NCBI GenBank assembly: GCA_025457865.1 | Contig: JALOTP010000004.1 | Location: forward strand, 7,684 to 71,683 | Direction: 5' to 3' | Source of the DNA: Thermoplasmatota archaeon | GTDB lineage: Archaea > Thermoplasmatota > Penumbrarchaeia > Penumbrarchaeales > Penumbrarchaeaceae | Length of the DNA: 64,000 bases | Shown here: positions 56,351-64,000 of the stretch, one piece after another | How positions within the stretch are numbered: position 1 is the first letter of the stretch | How the letters are laid out: each line of letters begins with the position of its first letter | The notes under the pieces: model-generated | The model's input: only the letters and a program-made list of their open reading frames with translations | What the model was told of the DNA's origin: nothing | Database searches by the model: none | Program-made: the position numbers and the translations under genes

Positions 56351-57178
56351 TCAGACCCTGTTCACGCCGTATAGGACAGAGGCGACCACGGTAGGTCTCT
56401 TGGTTCCCAGGACCTCAGAATAATCGGTCATTTCGCAAGAGAAGACCCTATGTTCAAGGGGAGAGCCCAATAATGTGCCCGCCACTATGCCGGTGACGGC
56501 CTGGTCGTTCATGTTCTTCCTGGCGGACAGTAGGTAACCCAGATGGTCCTTCCTTTCGTAGAGGAGCTCCAGGTCGGATCCTATCATCCTGTCGATGATG
56601 CCCAGGTCCTCTGCCACCTCGGTCATGCTGTACCCATGGCCGTAATGGACCAGGTCACCGGTTATGAGGAGCGCGGTGTCGTCGTCCAGCTCTTTCATCA
56701 GAGCATTCCCCTTCGACTCAATGTCCTTGACCATGAGCTCAGGTTCGGTCAAGGACCTGTCCCTTACGACGAAACGCCTTTTAAGTCCGATTTTTGGCTG
56801 CCCCAATGCACTTTCGACAAGGTCGAGCATGAAGCTAAGTCCGTCCAGGGAGAATTCCTCTTTTTCCGGGTCGTAATCGAAGCTATGGACAACACCCAGG
56901 GCGAGCACCTTGTCCCTACCGGACCTGTGGACCGCCCTGACCGTCCTCAGGAGCGGCATGAAGGACGAATCGATATAGGTATGGGGGAACGAGAGCGCAC
57001 CGCCTCTTTTCAGGACCGCGTCAACGTCCGGGTCCGGATCATCCCACATCGACCTTACCCTGGCCTCGAGCTCGCCCCTCCGCCTCTCACGCTCCTCGCT
57101 GTAATAGGCCTTCCATGTCCTATCGCCAAGCATTTCCATACGGTCACGACCTTGAAGGGGAACGATGGTATCTATCAA
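56351..57178 (-). CDS. Divergent MEMO1/AmmeMemoRadiSam-B-like (class III extradiol dioxygenase fold) protein (tentative)
   Basis: The spacing of FPHTYIDSS, LALGVVHSF and LITGDLVHYGHGYS resembles the His-rich metal-site motifs of the MEMO family. The similarity is weak. Confidence 0.35.
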   Translation of the reverse strand: MIDTIVPLQGRDRMEMLGDRTWKAYYSEERERRRGELEARVRSMWDDPDPDVDAVLKRGGALSFPHTYIDSSFMPLLRTVRAVHRSGRDKVLALGVVHSFDYDPEKEEFSLDGLSFMLDLVESALGQPKIGLKRRFVVRDRSLTEPELMVKDIESKGNALMKELDDDTALLITGDLVHYGHGYSMTEVAEDLGIIDRMIGSDLELLYERKDHLGYLLSARKNMNDQAVTGIVAGTLLGSPLEHRVFSCEMTDYSEVLGTKRPTVVASVLYGVNRV

Positions 57179-57295
57179 TCATTATCGCGCCTCCCGTTCC
57201 TTACATAGGTGGATTGGTCTTATGCTATGTATTCTTTTTTATCTTATCCACTGCCCGACAGCGTTCAAGGTGACATTACCATTGGTCCCTGCGTT

Positions 57296-59917
57296 TCAGC
57301 TTATGATCTCACCCTTTCTCCCGCACTCGGGACAGACGATGTTCTCGAGGGCCCCCTTCTTCATCGCATCCTTGTCCACATGTTCTTTGAATATCCCACC
57401 GCAGAACGGGCATTCCAGGGTCACCTTGATCATTTCCCTACCTCGTGGTGGAGATGGTGGTGGGGTGGGCTCCAATACCAATGGGATCGCCCTGGTGGAA
57501 GCCATCTTTGCTTCTGCCCGGGGGGGAGGTGAAGGTCTTGCAAGGGGGGTCTTCGGAACAGGTTTGGGTCTGACAGGGAGCGTCGAGGGTACCTTGGCAG
57601 GTCTTTTTGCGGGTACCAGGTCCAGGACCCTTTGTCGGTCGGGCACTTTACCAACCTTGCCTGTCGGTCCCGGAAGAGGTCTGGAGGCATCTTTAGGTCC
57701 CACGATCTCTATACCGGCCTCCTTGAGCCTTTCCCTGAGCCGGTACATCCTACTTTTCCTCAGGAGTATCAGGATGATGACTATCAAGAACACGATCAGG
57801 AGGAGCGGCAGGAGGCATATCAGGAACTGCGCAAGGTCCCCGGTCTGTATCAGGTCCCCATCCTCCGGTAGGACATCTATGGTGATGGACACGTTCGAAG
57901 AGGCTCCCTTGCTGTCTGTCACGGTCAATCTGACGATCAGACCTGTCCCTTCGGAAGCGCTCCTCCATCTGGTCCTGGCACCCCTGTCCGAACTCCCGTC
58001 GGGAAATTTCCATAGAAAAGTGAGATGGTCGTTGTCAGGGTCGGAGGACCTGGAACCATCGAAGATGAAATCCTCCCCAAGACGCCTTTGCGTCCCGTAC
58101 TGTGAGTCTATGATGGCGACAGGGGGTCGGTTCTGGGTGGTCAAGGCCGGGGTGAAGCTGATGGTATTTACGTTCCTGTCCTCGTTACCGGTAAGGTCAA
58201 CAGCTGTCACAGCCGCCCAATGCAAGACCTTGGGATCAAGCCCGGTCAATAGCGCGCTCGTTTCATAGGACGGGACCTCGAGCTGGGGGTCCAGACCATC
58301 GAGCCCGCCGAAGGTGCCAGTGCCTGCATAGACCCTGTAAAGCATCAGATCATCGGCCTCCGAAGGGTCCCAAGAAAAGGATACCCTGCCATCGCCCGTT
58401 ACGCTGAACTCGAGTCCCGAGACCTGTGGTGGTGGGGTGGTATCATTTTGAGCTGCCTCACCCCATAACAGAATATCGTCCAGGAACAGTCCGCCACCCT
58501 TTCCGTCCTTCCCAGATGTCAATGAGACCCTGAGCTTCGTTCTGCCTTCCGTTAACCCCTCCAGGGCAAAGACCGTCTCTTTCCAATCATATGGCCCGGT
58601 GAAGCCCCTCTTTCCGGCCAGTGGGCCTGTATTTGCGCCTAGTTCATCATATGCCGTATCGTCCCCAATGGGTGCTATCAGGACCCAATCCAGGCCATCC
58701 TCCATAAGCTCGAGCACAGCCCCGCAGGTTGAGGCCGGTCCAGAGCTTTCCAGGGCATGGTGGATGGAAAGGAAGGCGGTCCCGAGCCCCGCCAGGTCGA
58801 GCCAGTCAGACTCGACCGTCGTGAGGCATATTCCGCTGAATCCCTCAGTGGAGGAGGTCCCGCTCCCTGCCTTAAGGACCTGACCGCGGGAAAGCGACAG
58901 ACAACCCGTTACGGAATTCGGGGAGGACCAGGAGGCATTGCCCTGTTCGGTCCGTAAGGTGTAGGGCCCCGTCCCTTTGGCCATGTCATCATAGGTCAGG
59001 GCATCGACGGCGTAAGCGATGAAATACTCCTCAGAGCCCTCGGTCCCCGCTCCCAGGAGTACGATCTCCACCCAGAATTGGCCCACCTCATCAGGGGTCC
59101 AGCGGATGGTGTTCTCTCCAAGCATGGAAGGTGTCACCGTCATCGTCCTGTCCAGCAGGACCCGTTCACCGGTAGTGGAGATCATTATCCGGACACTTGC
59201 CTCCCCTATCCTATCCAGGGGTCCCCCTGCAAGGAAGAAGGAAAAATATGCGGTGTCGAAAGCGCTCAGATAGGTAGGATATGCGCTTTGTCTCGAGAAA
59301 TGGACCGGTACAGGACCGCTTGCGGCCCCATAGAGCACTATGTCATCCAGAACGACACCTCTTCCCTGGAGGCCGTCAGGAAGGTCTGTCAGATGGAACC
59401 TGATAGTGAGGGCCCCCCCGATATGGTCCTCAAGGGAGATGTTGAGCTCTTCCCATACCCCTTCAGAGCTGCCACTAAGCTCTTGAAGGACGTGCCAATC
59501 CTCCTCAGGTGTTCTAGTCATGACCTTGAGACCGTCATGCCCGAGCGTCTGTCCAGATGAGGACAGGTCGTACCAGATATGGAAGGAGATATGGAGCGAT
59601 GAGAGCAGTGTGGTATCCATCTCGGGCAGTTCCAGATAGGCATCGGTCCCGTTGGGATAGGTGCCGTTGAGAGGGGCTCCCCATGCCCCGCCCATCGCAC
59701 TCCCCGGCCAAGGTTCCTCCGGATTTCCCTCACCGGGGACCCCCCATTCCCAGGGGTCGTTCGTCCCGCCATGGACGAAACCCCCATCGTCGGTATCAAG
59801 ATCGAACCTGACCGTCTGTTCGAACCCCTCGGCCGAACAGAGGAGGTCACCATGAGGTATGGCAAGGACCGTGATGAGAAGGAGGACGGATGGAAGCAAT
59901 GCTCTGTGAATGTTCAT
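57296..59917 (-). CDS. Surface protein with FN3-like and PKD domains, a TM anchor, and a long Pro/Lys-rich cytoplasmic tail ending in a zinc ribbon
   Basis: - Signal peptide: MNIHRALLPSVLLLITVLAI.
- FN3-like block: PPPQVSGLEFSVTGDGRVSFSWDPSEADDLMLYRVYAG.
- PKD block: NRPPVAIIDSQYG...FDGSRSSDPDNDHLTFLWKFPDGS...LTVTDSKGASS.
- TM helix FLICLLPLLLIVFLIVIILILL.
- The tail ends ...TLECPFCGGIF...IVCPECGRKGEIIS. Confidence 0.7.
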   Translation of the reverse strand: MNIHRALLPSVLLLITVLAIPHGDLLCSAEGFEQTVRFDLDTDDGGFVHGGTNDPWEWGVPGEGNPEEPWPGSAMGGAWGAPLNGTYPNGTDAYLELPEMDTTLLSSLHISFHIWYDLSSSGQTLGHDGLKVMTRTPEEDWHVLQELSGSSEGVWEELNISLEDHIGGALTIRFHLTDLPDGLQGRGVVLDDIVLYGAASGPVPVHFSRQSAYPTYLSAFDTAYFSFFLAGGPLDRIGEASVRIMISTTGERVLLDRTMTVTPSMLGENTIRWTPDEVGQFWVEIVLLGAGTEGSEEYFIAYAVDALTYDDMAKGTGPYTLRTEQGNASWSSPNSVTGCLSLSRGQVLKAGSGTSSTEGFSGICLTTVESDWLDLAGLGTAFLSIHHALESSGPASTCGAVLELMEDGLDWVLIAPIGDDTAYDELGANTGPLAGKRGFTGPYDWKETVFALEGLTEGRTKLRVSLTSGKDGKGGGLFLDDILLWGEAAQNDTTPPPQVSGLEFSVTGDGRVSFSWDPSEADDLMLYRVYAGTGTFGGLDGLDPQLEVPSYETSALLTGLDPKVLHWAAVTAVDLTGNEDRNVNTISFTPALTTQNRPPVAIIDSQYGTQRRLGEDFIFDGSRSSDPDNDHLTFLWKFPDGSSDRGARTRWRSASEGTGLIVRLTVTDSKGASSNVSITIDVLPEDGDLIQTGDLAQFLICLLPLLLIVFLIVIILILLRKSRMYRLRERLKEAGIEIVGPKDASRPLPGPTGKVGKVPDRQRVLDLVPAKRPAKVPSTLPVRPKPVPKTPLARPSPPPRAEAKMASTRAIPLVLEPTPPPSPPRGREMIKVTLECPFCGGIFKEHVDKDAMKKGALENIVCPECGRKGEIIS

Positions 59918-59972
59918 ACTATCTTTCAGGCTCCTTGGGTCGGGATGGGTGGAGTAGGCCTTCAAGGTTTTT

Positions 59973-60779
59973 TTAAACTATCTGTTCCGAGCCCTCCGGA
60001 CCACCTTTCAACAGCTCGATGAAGGCCCTTTCCAGGGCTGGGACCGCCTCTGAGGCTCTGGCCTGTATGAAATGGTCGGTTAGGGAGAGGGAGTGTTCCG
60101 AATGCTCCGGATTGACCTCTATTATGGTCGCACCCGATGACCTTGCGATATGCGGGAGCATTGCCGCAGGGTGGACGACACCAGATGTTCCGATTATCAA
60201 CAGGGGTTGGCCCGAACCAGCAGCGTCGAAGGCCCTCCTCATGGACCTTTCGGGGAGGTTCTCCCCGAAGAAGACTATGTCCGGTCTCTTCACAGCTCCA
60301 CAGGTGCATCGCCTATCGAAGGAGGGATATGTCTCCGGCGTCAGGACCTCCCTTGCTCCGCACGAAGGGCAGAGGATGCGTCTAGCATTACCATGGAGCT
60401 CCACCACTTCCTTTGACCCTGCGAGCATGTGGAGGCCGTCCACGTTCTGGGTGGCTATGAGGCCTACCAGGCCCATCTGCTCCATCCTTGATAGGGCCAG
60501 ATGAGCTTCGTTGGGCATGGCTCCAAGGGAGGAGCCAATGATATCATCGAGCATCTTCCACGATAGCTCAGGCTCCCTCCTGAAGGTATCTATGTGTCCG
60601 TAGAGGTCGGCATCATACCTGCTCCATAGGCCTCCCGGGCCCCTGAAAGGCGGAATGCCAGATTCCACCGAGATACCAGCCCCGGTCACAACGAGCAAGG
60701 GCTTACCGCCCAGAACGGCCTTCACGGCCTTCAAGCAGGACCTTCCCAGTTCGTCCAACCCATCACCCGGCATCAGCAC
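59973..60779 (-). CDS. cobB: NAD-dependent protein deacylase (Sir2 family)
   Basis: LLVVTGAGISVESGIPPFRGPGGLW, TQNVDGLH, the zinc module CPSCG...CTCG, and IIGTSGVVHPAA. Confidence 0.9.
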   Translation of the reverse strand: MLMPGDGLDELGRSCLKAVKAVLGGKPLLVVTGAGISVESGIPPFRGPGGLWSRYDADLYGHIDTFRREPELSWKMLDDIIGSSLGAMPNEAHLALSRMEQMGLVGLIATQNVDGLHMLAGSKEVVELHGNARRILCPSCGAREVLTPETYPSFDRRCTCGAVKRPDIVFFGENLPERSMRRAFDAAGSGQPLLIIGTSGVVHPAAMLPHIARSSGATIIEVNPEHSEHSLSLTDHFIQARASEAVPALERAFIELLKGGPEGSEQIV

Positions 60780-60854
60780 TCATAGGGCTCATCACTTCTT
60801 TCAGCCCATGGATGCATCATCATCTGCCGCTGCCGGATTGCGCAACCAGGTTAT

Positions 60855-61340
60855 CTATTTGTCCGAATATGCGGTGGCATAGACGAGAACGCTGGTCATG
60901 AGGGTCTTCTTCTTGGGGTTGTACGCACCCAGGTTCATTGAGGTAATCCTAATATTCCCGACCTCCGTGAAACCCTGGCTATAAGCTTGCTCCAGGGCGC
61001 GGAGGGTCGCCTCCCTCCTTGCCCGCTCCAGGATAGGGAGGAGCGAGCCCATCCTCCCTCCGACCAGCTGCCTCCATTGGGCGAGCCAGGTCTTGAAGGC
61101 ATCCGCACCTATCGTAACGCTCCCGTAGACAATACCTGCCCTCTTGGGGTCCATCATAATAGGTCTCTTCCTGTTATGGAAGAATACCTTGCTCTTGATA
61201 GCCTCTTCCCTTCTGCTAAGGTCCTCCAGGTGCCTCTTCTCGATGATGGTCCCGGAGATGACTGGTATTATAAAGAAGAGTAATGATATCATCAAGGGTA
61301 GTATGATAAAGCAACAAAAAAGGAGTCCTTCACCACCCAT
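60855..61340 (-). CDS. YbjQ/UPF0145-family protein with an N-terminal TM helix
   Basis: TM helix LLFCCFIILPLMISLLFFIIPVI, then YGSVTIGADAFKTWLAQWRQLVGGRMGSLLPILERARREATLRALEQAYSQGF, which matches the YbjQ pattern. Confidence 0.6.
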   Translation of the reverse strand: MGGEGLLFCCFIILPLMISLLFFIIPVISGTIIEKRHLEDLSRREEAIKSKVFFHNRKRPIMMDPKRAGIVYGSVTIGADAFKTWLAQWRQLVGGRMGSLLPILERARREATLRALEQAYSQGFTEVGNIRITSMNLGAYNPKKKTLMTSVLVYATAYSDK

Positions 61341-61352
61341 TAAACCACATCC

Positions 61353-61667
61353 TCACTCTGCCACTACGGCTGTACCATAGACATAGACCTCTGCTGCACC
61401 CTGCATTAGGGAGGCCGTGGAAAGCCTTACATTGGTTATGGCATTGGCCCCCATCGCCTGGGCGTTGGCGACCATCCTGTTGGTGGCCTCTGTCCTGGCC
61501 TCCTCCATCATCTCGGTGTAGCCCTTGAGCTCACCCCCGACTATGTTCTTGAGCCCGGCCATTATGTCCTTGCCTATATGTTTGGCCCGGATGGTCGTTC
61601 CGCTCACAAGCCCCATCACCTTGACTATCTTCTTACCCGGTATCTCTTCGGTCGTCACCATGAGCAT
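61353..61667 (-). CDS. YbjQ/UPF0145-family protein (soluble paralogue)
   Basis: MLMVTTEEIPGKKIVKVMGLVSGTTIRAKHIGKDIMAGLKNIVGGELKGYTEMMEEARTEATNRMVANAQAMGANAITNVRL is canonical YbjQ. I trimmed the start from 61724. Confidence 0.7.
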   Translation of the reverse strand: MLMVTTEEIPGKKIVKVMGLVSGTTIRAKHIGKDIMAGLKNIVGGELKGYTEMMEEARTEATNRMVANAQAMGANAITNVRLSTASLMQGAAEVYVYGTAVVAE

Positions 61668-61787
61668 TTCCAAACCCCATCCTGCTGAAATGGCCAGAAC
61701 TATAAAAATCTCACTGGCCTCCAAAGGTTCATCCCAAATGCTTTAAGAGCTTTCGATGATGATACGGGGCGGTCAGGGGCGCGACAG

Positions 61788-62438
61788 ATGGGCAGGTCCA
61801 AGTTCGAGATAGAACTTCTTTCCATGTACGGGGACGTGAGAGCGGACATAGAGGGGAGGATTCAAGAGTTCCTCTCCATCTGGGAGGCCAGGGACGAGGA
61901 GAGGGTGTTATCGGAACTGAAGTTCTGCCTTCTAACGCCCCAGTCGAAAGCGCTCTCCTGCTGGGCTGCTGTGGAGAGGTTAGGTTCCGAGGGGGTTTGT
62001 AGTAGGACCGCAAAGGAAAAGGTCGAGGAGTGCCTCAAAGGGGTCCGATTCCATCATAACAAAGCGAAATACCTCCTCGATGCAATGGAGAGGTTCGAAG
62101 ACGAGGAAGGCGGGATCATTGCCCTGCTCGAGGGGTTCGGGAGCAGCCAGGAAGCAAGGGATTGGCTGGTCGGGAACATCAAGGGACTTGGATTGAAGGA
62201 AGCCTCCCATTTCCTCAGGAACATAGGTCTGGGCGAGGACCTTGCTATACTTGACCGGCACATACTCAGGAACCTTGCGCTCGCAGGAGCGATCCCGGAG
62301 GTCCCCAGGTCACTGCCAAGGGGCCATTACTTGGAGATAGAGGAGAGGATGAAGGCGTTCTCATCGAAGCTCGGGGTCCCATTATCCCACCTGGACCTAT
62401 TGCTCTGGTACAAGCAGACAGGGTGCGTGTTCAAATGA
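61788..62438 (+). CDS. ogg: Archaeal 8-oxoguanine DNA glycosylase / N-glycosylase-DNA lyase (Ogg2-type, HhH-GPD)
   Basis: The HhH-GPD region IKGLGLKEASHFLRNIGLGEDLAILDRHIL contains the catalytic Lys/Asp spacing. The size of ~215 aa is typical of archaeal Ogg. Confidence 0.75.
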   Translation: MGRSKFEIELLSMYGDVRADIEGRIQEFLSIWEARDEERVLSELKFCLLTPQSKALSCWAAVERLGSEGVCSRTAKEKVEECLKGVRFHHNKAKYLLDAMERFEDEEGGIIALLEGFGSSQEARDWLVGNIKGLGLKEASHFLRNIGLGEDLAILDRHILRNLALAGAIPEVPRSLPRGHYLEIEERMKAFSSKLGVPLSHLDLLLWYKQTGCVFK

Positions 62439-62935
62439 AGGTCGATGGTCCTTTCATGAAGACCCCCTCTCTGAGAGGAGATGTCCTCTCGAGGATAGGG
62501 GCCATACTCCAAAAGGATGAGGGATTGGATTCCAAGCTGCTTTCGGTCTGCAAAGTGCTGTCGGGGACGGTTCCCCATTACGATTGGGTCGGCTTCTATC
62601 TCGTAGACCCGGAAAAGGACAGGGAGCTGGTCCTGGGTCCGTTCGTGGGCGCACCGACAGAGCATGTGAGGATACCGTTCGGCAAGGGCATCTGCGGACA
62701 GGCAGCTGCGACAGGTATGCTCTTTTTGGTCCCTGATGTCCTGAAGGAAGGGAACTACCTCTCATGCAGCCCCGACGTCAGGTCGGAGATAGTGGTCCCC
62801 ATCCTGGACGGGGACAGGGTCCTTGGCGAGCTGGACATAGATTCCCATATGATGGACCCCTTCGATGGATGGGACAGAGAGCTGCTTGGATCGGTCTGTC
62901 ACATGGTGGGACCATCGATCATCTTGGGAAAATGA
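62435..62935 (+). CDS. GAF-domain protein of the free methionine-(R)-sulfoxide reductase (fRMsr/YebR) type
   Basis: YDWVGFYLVDPEKDRELVLGPFVGAPTEHVRIPFGKGICGQAAATG...SCSPDVRSEIVVPIL..GRVLGELDIDS. ATG 62435 forms an ATGA overlap with the ogg stop. Confidence 0.7.
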   Translation: MKVDGPFMKTPSLRGDVLSRIGAILQKDEGLDSKLLSVCKVLSGTVPHYDWVGFYLVDPEKDRELVLGPFVGAPTEHVRIPFGKGICGQAAATGMLFLVPDVLKEGNYLSCSPDVRSEIVVPILDGDRVLGELDIDSHMMDPFDGWDRELLGSVCHMVGPSIILGK

Positions 62936-63007
62936 AGTAAGGGGTAAAAGTTAAATCACGACCCTTGGTGGACAGTCATCAATAAATAACCCTTATCGCA
63001 TCGAACG

Positions 63008-63715
63008 ATGCCATGGTCAGGAGTCGATAGAATGGAGGAAGCTGCCCTCTTCAAGGTCACTTACGGGATGTACATAGTCGCCTCAAGGGACGGGGACAAT
63101 TTCAACGGGCTCATAATAAACACTGCCACCCAGGTGACCGCCAAACCCCCATTCATATCCATTTTTATCAGCAGGAACAGCCTGACGCATGAGCATATCA
63201 TGAAGAGCGGGGTATTCTCCATATCCATACTGAAGAAGGACACACCGCTGAAGTTCATCGGTAAGTGGGGGTTCAAGAGCGGGAGGGAATTGGACAAGTT
63301 CCAGGACACAAAGTTCAAGGTGGGGGCCTCAGGGGCCCCTATAGTCCTTGACCACGCCCTTGGATATCTGGAGGTGCGGCTCAAGGACCATTTCGATGTG
63401 GGGACGCATACCATCTTCATAGGCGAGGTCGTCGGGACCGAGCTCCTGGAGGAAGGAGAACCTCTGACATATTCGCATTACAGGGACGTTAAGGGCGGCA
63501 GGTCCTCGCAGAACGCCCCAACCTATGACGGATGGGCTGACAAGGTGAAGGAGAGGATGAGGTACAGGTGCACATCCTGCCATTATATCTATGACCCTGC
63601 CTCCGGGGACAAGTTCCCGGGCATAGCTCCCGGAACACCGTTCTCTGGACTGCCCGAGCGCTGGTGCTGTCCAGCATGCGGGACAGGCAAGGAAGGCTTC
63701 AAAGAGGCTGAATGA
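63008..63715 (+). CDS. Flavin reductase-like domain fused to a C-terminal rubredoxin (high-molecular-weight rubredoxin type)
   Basis: FMN-binding split-barrel pattern (YGMYIVASRDGDNFNGLIINTATQVTAKPP...), then the rubredoxin YRCTSCHYIYDPASGD...WCCPACGTGKEGF. An alternative start is ATG 63032. Confidence 0.8.
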   Translation: MPWSGVDRMEEAALFKVTYGMYIVASRDGDNFNGLIINTATQVTAKPPFISIFISRNSLTHEHIMKSGVFSISILKKDTPLKFIGKWGFKSGRELDKFQDTKFKVGASGAPIVLDHALGYLEVRLKDHFDVGTHTIFIGEVVGTELLEEGEPLTYSHYRDVKGGRSSQNAPTYDGWADKVKERMRYRCTSCHYIYDPASGDKFPGIAPGTPFSGLPERWCCPACGTGKEGFKEAE

Positions 63716-63770
63716 TAAAGGATAAATTACTAATAGGATGTATGTTAAGGAACAGATGGAGGGCAGAACG

Positions 63771-64000
63771 ATGCTCGGAAAAAAGATGATGGAAGAACTC
63801 AACAAGCAGATCAACGAGGAGCTGGCCTCAGCCTACATATATCAGGCCATGGCGGCATACTTCGAGAGCGAGGGATGGAAGGGCATGGCTCTATGGATGG
63901 AGAAGCAGGCCGGAGAGGAGCAGGTGCACGCAAAGAAGTTCTATGATTACATCAACGCAAGGGGTGGCAGGGTCAGGTTCCAGGCCATTCAGGAGCCCCC
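63771..64000 (+). CDS. Ferritin (non-haem, Ftn-type). The 3' end is cut by the window edge.
   Basis: This gene is not in the ORF track because it has no stop in the window. My translation is MLGKKMMEELNKQINEELASAYIYQAMAAYFESEGWKGMALWMEKQAGEEQVHAKKFYDYINARGGRV..., with ferroxidase-centre Glu/His positions. In-frame ATGs also occur at 63738 and 63756. Confidence 0.8.
   Translation, partial: MLGKKMMEELNKQINEELASAYIYQAMAAYFESEGWKGMALWMEKQAGEEQVHAKKFYDYINARGGRVRFQAIQEP

Overview
This 64-kb chromosomal window comes from an archaeon, most consistent with an uncultivated member of the Thermoplasmata. Supporting signals are A-type ATP synthase genes, an archaeal pantoate kinase next to CoaBC, a Thermoplasma-type 2-oxoacid dehydrogenase (E1alpha/E1beta/E2) with LplA, GGAGG-type ribosome-binding sites, and AT-rich TATA-like intergenic boxes. 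The sequence looks moderately GC-rich by eye and is densely coding (about 50 genes).

Contents in order:
- An S9 peptidase cut by the window edge and missing from the ORF track.
- A DUF234-type ATPase and an FAD-linked oxidase.
- A 1449-aa FG-GAP/PA14/PKD surface protein.
- An NfnAB/SudAB-like oxidoreductase operon that carries a duplicated Cys-rich module.
- Pyruvate kinase and lplA.
- An AT-rich AbiEi/AbiEii toxin-antitoxin islet, followed by OADH E2-E1beta-E1alpha with no E3.
- A thioredoxin-like gene, a DUF296 protein and a TSP3-repeat surface protein.
- tRNA-Leu(CAG), flanked by triplicated copies of its own 3' end and by an unassigned structured element.
- Pantoate kinase and coaBC.
- A large cell-envelope locus: three giant beta-helix/Ig-like proteins, an OPT transporter and a PqqD-like protein.
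- An ArsR-like regulator and a response regulator.
- An atpH-I-K-E-C-F-A operon, with atpB displaced about 8 kb onto the opposite strand and atpD absent.
- A repeat-built coiled-coil/TPR/DnaJ-zinc-finger protein and a beta-helix ectoprotein lying between the two ATPase parts.
- Sir2, two YbjQ paralogues, and an oxidative-stress cluster (Ogg, GAF/fRMsr-like, flavin reductase-rubredoxin, ferritin cut by the window edge).

The most unusual observations are:
1. The ATPase c/K proteolipid carries a signal peptide and a two-EF-loop acidic ectodomain.
2. The ATPase locus is broken up and has foreign-looking genes inserted.
3. A family of C-terminally anchored surface proteins has cytoplasmic tails ending in -EE, or carrying zinc ribbons and a poly-acidic run.
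4. A Cys-rich domain is duplicated in the Nfn-like operon.
5. Att-like repeats sit at tRNA-Leu.

All functional calls come from reading motifs by eye. No database search was run.
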